From contig JASFEA010000101.1 in NCBI GenBank assembly GCA_050125095.1, positions 1 to 11,367 of the forward strand: 11,367 nucleotides of DNA. The letters run 5' to 3'. Below the pieces are notes generated by a model. That model searched no databases. It worked only from the letters and a program-made list of their open reading frames with translations, and was not told the DNA's origin. How positions within the stretch are numbered: the stretch's first letter is position 1; the number at the start of each line of letters is the position of its first letter. The stretch comes from a bacterium (GTDB taxonomy: Bacteria; Arandabacterota; Arandabacteria; Arandabacterales; JALGWA01). Positions 7,675 to 11,367 of the stretch are shown one piece after another. The position numbers and the translations under genes are program-made.

Positions 7675-8739
7675 ATGGCCGTATTCGAGAAGCTTAAGGA
7701 CAAGAAGCACGAGCAGCTCATTTTTTTCCGGGAGCCGGTGTCGGGGCTCAGGGCCATAGTCGCCATACACGACACCACACTGGGGCCCGCGATAGGCGGC
7801 GTCCGTATGCGCACCTATTCGGGGGAGGACGAGGCGATCGAAGACGCCCTGAGGCTCTCGCGCAGCATGACTTACAAGGCGGCCGGCGCCGGCGTCAACT
7901 TCGGCGGCGGCCAGACAGTCGTGATGGGTGACCCCAGGAAGGACAAGAGCGAGGCGCTGTGGAGGGCGCTTGGCCGGTTCATCGACGGCATGGGCGGGCG
8001 GTACGTCGCCGGTCAGGACGTCGGCACTTCCGTCGACGACATGGACAATATGCGAACCGAGACCCGGTACGTAGTGGGCATCCCGAGCTCCAGGGGCGGC
8101 AGCGGCGACCCTTCCCCCGTATGCGCGTTCGGCGTCGTGAAAGGCCTCGAGGCCTGCCGCCTAGCCAGAGGGGGGAGCGACGACCTCAGGGACCTGCATG
8201 TGGCCGTTCAGGGCCTGGGTAACGCTGGCAGCCAGGTGGTCGATATGCTGATGGCCCGCGGCTCCAGGCTTAGCGTGGCCGATGTCGATGAGGAGGCGGT
8301 TGAGCGGATAACCCAGCGCCACCGGGTCGATGTGGTTGACCCCGAAGCTATATTCGACGTCGATTGCGATGTCTTCTGTCCTTGCGCCCTCGGCGGGATC
8401 ATGAACCCCGAGACCGTGAAGCGGCTCAAATGCGTAATCGTCGCGGGTGCGGCCAATAACCAGCTCTCCGATGAGGGATCTGGGAAGCTGCTCCATGAGC
8501 GCGGCATACTGTACGCGCCCGACTACATAATCAACGCCGGCGCCCTCATCAACGTCGCCGACGAAATATACGGCTACGATAGGGAGCGCGCCCTGAGGAA
8601 GACCGGCGCCATAAAGGACGTGCTACTGAAGGTTTTCGCGGCAGCCAAGGAGAACGGCATACCCACCAATGAGGCCGCCGATCGTCTCGCCGAGGAGAGA
8701 ATCGAGAAGATAGGCCGCGTCAAGCGCACATTCAGCTGA
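7675..8739 (+). CDS. Glu/Leu/Phe/Val dehydrogenase family protein, leucine dehydrogenase-like, with atypical active site (Gln at catalytic Lys80)
   Basis: Colinear with Bacillus LeuDH motifs: AIHDTTLGPAIGGVRM, LRLSRSMTYK (K68), DVGT (D115), SGDPSP, Rossmann VAVQGLGNAG...D203, PCALGG, AGAANNQL, YAPDYIINAG, AADRLAEERI. Gene symbol withheld because GGGK reads GGGQ. Confidence 0.92.
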   Translation: MAVFEKLKDKKHEQLIFFREPVSGLRAIVAIHDTTLGPAIGGVRMRTYSGEDEAIEDALRLSRSMTYKAAGAGVNFGGGQTVVMGDPRKDKSEALWRALGRFIDGMGGRYVAGQDVGTSVDDMDNMRTETRYVVGIPSSRGGSGDPSPVCAFGVVKGLEACRLARGGSDDLRDLHVAVQGLGNAGSQVVDMLMARGSRLSVADVDEEAVERITQRHRVDVVDPEAIFDVDCDVFCPCALGGIMNPETVKRLKCVIVAGAANNQLSDEGSGKLLHERGILYAPDYIINAGALINVADEIYGYDRERALRKTGAIKDVLLKVFAAAKENGIPTNEAADRLAEERIEKIGRVKRTFS

Positions 8740-8799
8740 GCCGGCCCAGTCCCCGGGCCGCCGCACGTGATCCCCACCGGTTGATCCGGCCCCGGTCGA

Positions 8800-9702
8800 C
8801 TACCGCTTCGCCTCCACGGGATTCGAGAGCGTCCCTATCCCCTCAATGATGACCTCTATGACGTCTCCGTCCTTCATGAAGACCGGCGGCTCCCTGAAAA
8901 CGCCGACCCCGCCGGGGGTGCCCGTGGAGATTACGTCGCCCGGTTCCAGGGTCATGGTCCTGGTTATGAACTTGATAATTTCGGCCGGCGTGAATATGAG
9001 GTTGGAGGTCGAACTCAGCTGCATGAGCTCGCCGTTTAACTTCGATGAGACCGAAAGGCTGCTCACGTTGCTCAGCTCGTCCGCGGTCACTATGCAGGGT
9101 CCCATGGGAGCGAAGGTGTCCGGGCTCTTGCCCCGGAACCACTGGCGCTCGGACTGCTGCATCTCGCGCTCGGTGACGTCGTTCATGCAGGTGTAGCCGA
9201 AAATCGCGTCCTGGGCGAGTGCGGCGTCCGCGTCCCTTATCTCCCTTCCGATCACGAAGGCGAACTCCGCCTCGAAATCGACCTTGCTGGAGCCTTCCGG
9301 AATCACTATGGCCTGGCCGTGGCCTATCGTCGAGGTGGACGCCTTCACAAAGAGAAGCGGTTTGTCGGGGATCTTGGCGTCCTGCTCCTTCGCGTGGTCC
9401 TTGTAATTGAGCCCCAGGCATATGATCTTGCCGGGCCTGGGCACGGGGGCGTGGAACTGGACTTCTTCCACCGAAGCCCAGCACTGCAGAGGAAGGTCTT
9501 CGCCGCCCTTATCGAGCTCCTTTATGCGCCTGGCCAGAGTCTTGAGGTCGCCGAGGTCGCGGCTGGCGATGATATCTATGAGATCGCTCGGGTAGCCGCC
9601 CTCCAGGTGCAGGAATGACGCCGTGTTCTCGATGTCGTATATGCGCTCATTGATAAGCAGGCCCGCCCTGCGGCCGCCCCGCTCGTAAGTGACCAGTTTC
9701 AA
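8800..9702 (-). CDS. Fumarylacetoacetate hydrolase (FAH) family protein (FAHD/HpcE-like hydrolase, tautomerase or decarboxylase)
   Basis: KIICLGLNYKDHAKE, LFVKA, metal-binding DFEAE, GYTCMNDVTER, GKSPDTFAPMGP, TLEPGDVISTGTPGGVG. TTG start with GGGGGAGG RBS (9709-9716, - strand) at 6 nt spacing. Confidence 0.95.
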   Translation of the reverse strand: MKLVTYERGGRRAGLLINERIYDIENTASFLHLEGGYPSDLIDIIASRDLGDLKTLARRIKELDKGGEDLPLQCWASVEEVQFHAPVPRPGKIICLGLNYKDHAKEQDAKIPDKPLLFVKASTSTIGHGQAIVIPEGSSKVDFEAEFAFVIGREIRDADAALAQDAIFGYTCMNDVTEREMQQSERQWFRGKSPDTFAPMGPCIVTADELSNVSSLSVSSKLNGELMQLSSTSNLIFTPAEIIKFITRTMTLEPGDVISTGTPGGVGVFREPPVFMKDGDVIEVIIEGIGTLSNPVEAKR

Positions 9703-9730
9703 AGCAGACCTCCCCCGGGAATTCTAATGT

Positions 9731-9759
9731 TTGAATTGTGCCTCGTTATTGAGTAGAAT
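9731..9759 (+). promoter_or_regulatory. Putative sigma70 promoter for the thioesterase-ptb operon
   Basis: TTGAAT (9731-9736), 17 nt, TAGAAT (9754-9759) in an AT-rich divergent intergenic region. Confidence 0.6.
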
Positions 9760-9783
9760 ATCCTCCGCGTTCATACCATGCAA
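9755..9783 (-). promoter_or_regulatory. Putative sigma70 promoter for the FAH-family gene
   Basis: On the - strand: TTGCAT (9783-9778), 17 nt, TATTCT (9760-9755). The -10 overlaps that of the + strand promoter. Confidence 0.55.
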
Positions 9784-9803
9784 GTCCAAACTTGGGGGGA
9801 CCC

Positions 9804-10226
9804 ATGAGCCTGAGAGACGAGGGGATGTGCTTCGGGTGCGGCAAGAACAATCCGATAGGCCTCAAGCTGGAATTCGACCTGGATAAGGAGAACCTCACCG
9901 TAGAGGGCAGGTTCAGGCCGAAGAGGGAACATGAGGGCTATGCCGGCATAATGCACGGGGGCCTGGTGGCGACGCTGCTGGACGAGGCCATGTTGAAGCT
10001 GCTCTGGGACTCGGGCATATCGGCGGTCACCGCGACGCTGGAAGTAAAGCTCGTCAGGCCGGTTCCAATAGAGGGGGAGCTCTTCATAAAGGGTCGCGTG
10101 GACTCCGAGCAGGGGCGCCTGATACACACGTCGGCCGAGGTGGCGAATGCGGAGGGCACGGTACTCGCGAAGGGAAAGGCCAAATGCATGAAAGTGGAGA
10201 TAAAGGAGGGCTACGTTGGCAGGTAA
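9804..10226 (+). CDS. PaaI-family hotdog-fold acyl-CoA thioesterase
   Basis: N-terminal CFGCGKNNPIGL motif, 'HEGYAGIMHGGLVATLLDEAM' catalytic signature, 'VTATLEVKLVRPVP'. ATG 9804 follows a G-rich RBS-like run; TTG 9792 is an alternative start. Confidence 0.9.
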   Translation: MSLRDEGMCFGCGKNNPIGLKLEFDLDKENLTVEGRFRPKREHEGYAGIMHGGLVATLLDEAMLKLLWDSGISAVTATLEVKLVRPVPIEGELFIKGRVDSEQGRLIHTSAEVANAEGTVLAKGKAKCMKVEIKEGYVGR

Positions 10227-11157
10227 GAAGTCTAAGAACGTTCGATTCAGGGACATACTCACGCTGGCCAAGAGAGTAGCCAGCCGCACCAGCACGCGCG
10301 TAGCCGTCGCCGGGGCGGCCGACCCCATAGTGCTGGACGTTCTATGCGACGCCTGCAGGAAGGGCTTCGCCGAGCCCATACTCTTCGGGGACGAGGCCAG
10401 GATAAGGGCGCTTGCCAAGAAGCAGCGCCTTTCGCTCAAGGGCTGCACCATGGCAGACGTCAGGACGCCGGTCAAGGCGGCCCGGGCGGCCGTCAGGGCC
10501 GTCGGCTCGGGCGACGCGGACGTCCTCATGAAGGGCAACGTTACCACCAAGACCATCATGCAGGCGGCGCTGGATAAGGAAATAGGCATCACCACGAGCG
10601 GCCTCATGAGCCATGTGGCCGTCTTCGAGGTCGAAGGCTTCGACCGCATAATGTTCATGTCGGACGGCGGAATAGTAATAGAGCCCACGCTCGAGCAGAA
10701 GGTGGAGATAGTCAATAACGCCGTCTCGGTCGCGCGCGCGGTGGGCCTCAAGAGGCCCAAGGTCGCCCTGCTTTCGGCCATTGAGACGGTGAACCTCAAG
10801 ATGAAGTCGGCCGTCGACGCGGCCGTTATCGCCCAGATGGCCGAGCGCGGCCAGATAAAGAACGCCGTCGTGGACGGGCCCTTCGGTTTCGATAACGCCG
10901 TCTCGTTGGAGGCGGCCAGGCAGAAGGGCGTCAAGAGCCCGGTCGCCGGGAAGGCCGACATATTCATCGTGGGCCATGCCGATGTGGGCAATGTGTTCTA
11001 CAAGTTGCTCACATATTTCGTGGGCAAGCGCGCCCAGACCGCAGGGGTCATAGTGGGAGCCAAGGTCCCCGTGGTGGTGGTCTCGAGGGCCGACACATAC
11101 GAAGCCAGGCTGAACTCCATCGCCGTGGCGTGCATCCTGGCGAGGAGGGGGAAGTAA
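10216..11157 (+). CDS. ptb: Phosphate butyryltransferase / branched-chain phosphotransacylase (PTA_PTB family)
   Basis: VAVAGA, LMKG, LMSHVAVFEV, SDGG...PTLEQKVEIVNNAV, PKVALLSAIETVN, DGPFGFDNAVS.EAA..KG..SPVAGKADI, GNVFYK, GAKVPVV..SRAD. TTG start 6 nt after AAGGAGG (10203-10209); overlaps the thioesterase end by 11 nt. Confidence 0.9.
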   Translation: MAGKKSKNVRFRDILTLAKRVASRTSTRVAVAGAADPIVLDVLCDACRKGFAEPILFGDEARIRALAKKQRLSLKGCTMADVRTPVKAARAAVRAVGSGDADVLMKGNVTTKTIMQAALDKEIGITTSGLMSHVAVFEVEGFDRIMFMSDGGIVIEPTLEQKVEIVNNAVSVARAVGLKRPKVALLSAIETVNLKMKSAVDAAVIAQMAERGQIKNAVVDGPFGFDNAVSLEAARQKGVKSPVAGKADIFIVGHADVGNVFYKLLTYFVGKRAQTAGVIVGAKVPVVVVSRADTYEARLNSIAVACILARRGK

Positions 11158-11189
11158 CGGCTCGATGGCGCTGCAGGCCTGAATAGTCC

Positions 11190-11218
11190 TTGACCGGAGC
11201 GGTTTTGGGCACTAGCAT
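11190..11218 (+). promoter_or_regulatory. Putative sigma70 promoter for the downstream secreted-protein gene
   Basis: TTGACC (11190-11195), 17 nt, TAGCAT (11213-11218), followed by a TAAGGAG RBS (11234-11240). Confidence 0.6.
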
Positions 11219-11249
11219 GAAAGCCGGCAATTCTAAGGAGTAACCGACA

Positions 11250-11367
11250 GTGCGGGTACTTTCCAGACTTAGAATAACAGGGATAATGGCGTTTGCCGTT
11301 CTCGTGATTCTGGTTGCCTCACCTGCCCCATGTGCCATCGATGTTCGGGGCGCCGGGTCGGGGGAAT
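11250..11367 (+). CDS. N-terminus of a putative secreted protein with a Sec-type signal peptide; 3'-partial and absent from the ORF track
   Basis: GTG 9 nt after TAAGGAG. Translation MRVLSRLRITGIMAFAVLVILVASPAPCAIDVRGAGSGE... has a basic n-region, a hydrophobic h-region and a small-residue c-region. Frame open to the window end. Confidence 0.75.
   Translation, partial: MRVLSRLRITGIMAFAVLVILVASPAPCAIDVRGAGSGE

Noticed and set aside
8742-8760. GC hairpin CGGCCC-N7-GGGCCG between the convergent dehydrogenase and FAH genes
   Set aside because: Only a 6-bp stem with no U-tract on either strand, so it cannot be supported as an intrinsic terminator.
9718-9763. Imperfect inverted repeat ATTCTA (9721-9726) and TAGAAT (9754-9759), or a second - strand -10 at 9721-9726
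   Set aside because: Long spacer, no matching -35, and the implied start site would fall on the RBS. The bidirectional promoter explains the region better.
1-11367. CRISPR arrays, IS elements or integrases, tRNA/rRNA, riboswitches, defence systems
   Set aside because: The window is almost fully coding, with intergenic gaps of about 100 nt or less. No repeat-spacer pattern, transposase motif or structured RNA was recognised by eye.

Overview
GC-rich bacterial chromosomal DNA made up of ordinary metabolic and housekeeping genes. No mobile element, CRISPR array, rRNA/tRNA or defence system was recognised. Layout: (1) a tightly packed + strand operon: Lon protease (5'-truncated at the window edge, apparently with a Lys/Arg-rich N-terminal extension), a cytoplasmic Cys-rich (two-CW-like)/GAF histidine kinase, two tandem CNNM/CorB-CorC (HlyC-family) transporters and a ROK-family sugar kinase; (2) a Leu/Phe/Val dehydrogenase homologue, probably with its own promoter; (3) a convergent FAH-family hydrolase on the - strand; (4) divergent from it, a PaaI thioesterase plus phosphate butyryltransferase-like pair; (5) the start of a secreted protein behind its own promoter. 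The most notable observations are that the leucine dehydrogenase homologue has Gln at catalytic Lys80 with further pocket changes, that the orphan kinase with an 8-Cys domain is coupled to the CNNM pair, the histone-like Lon extension, and a predicted bidirectional promoter with overlapping -10 elements. All calls come from reading motifs by eye; no database search was run.
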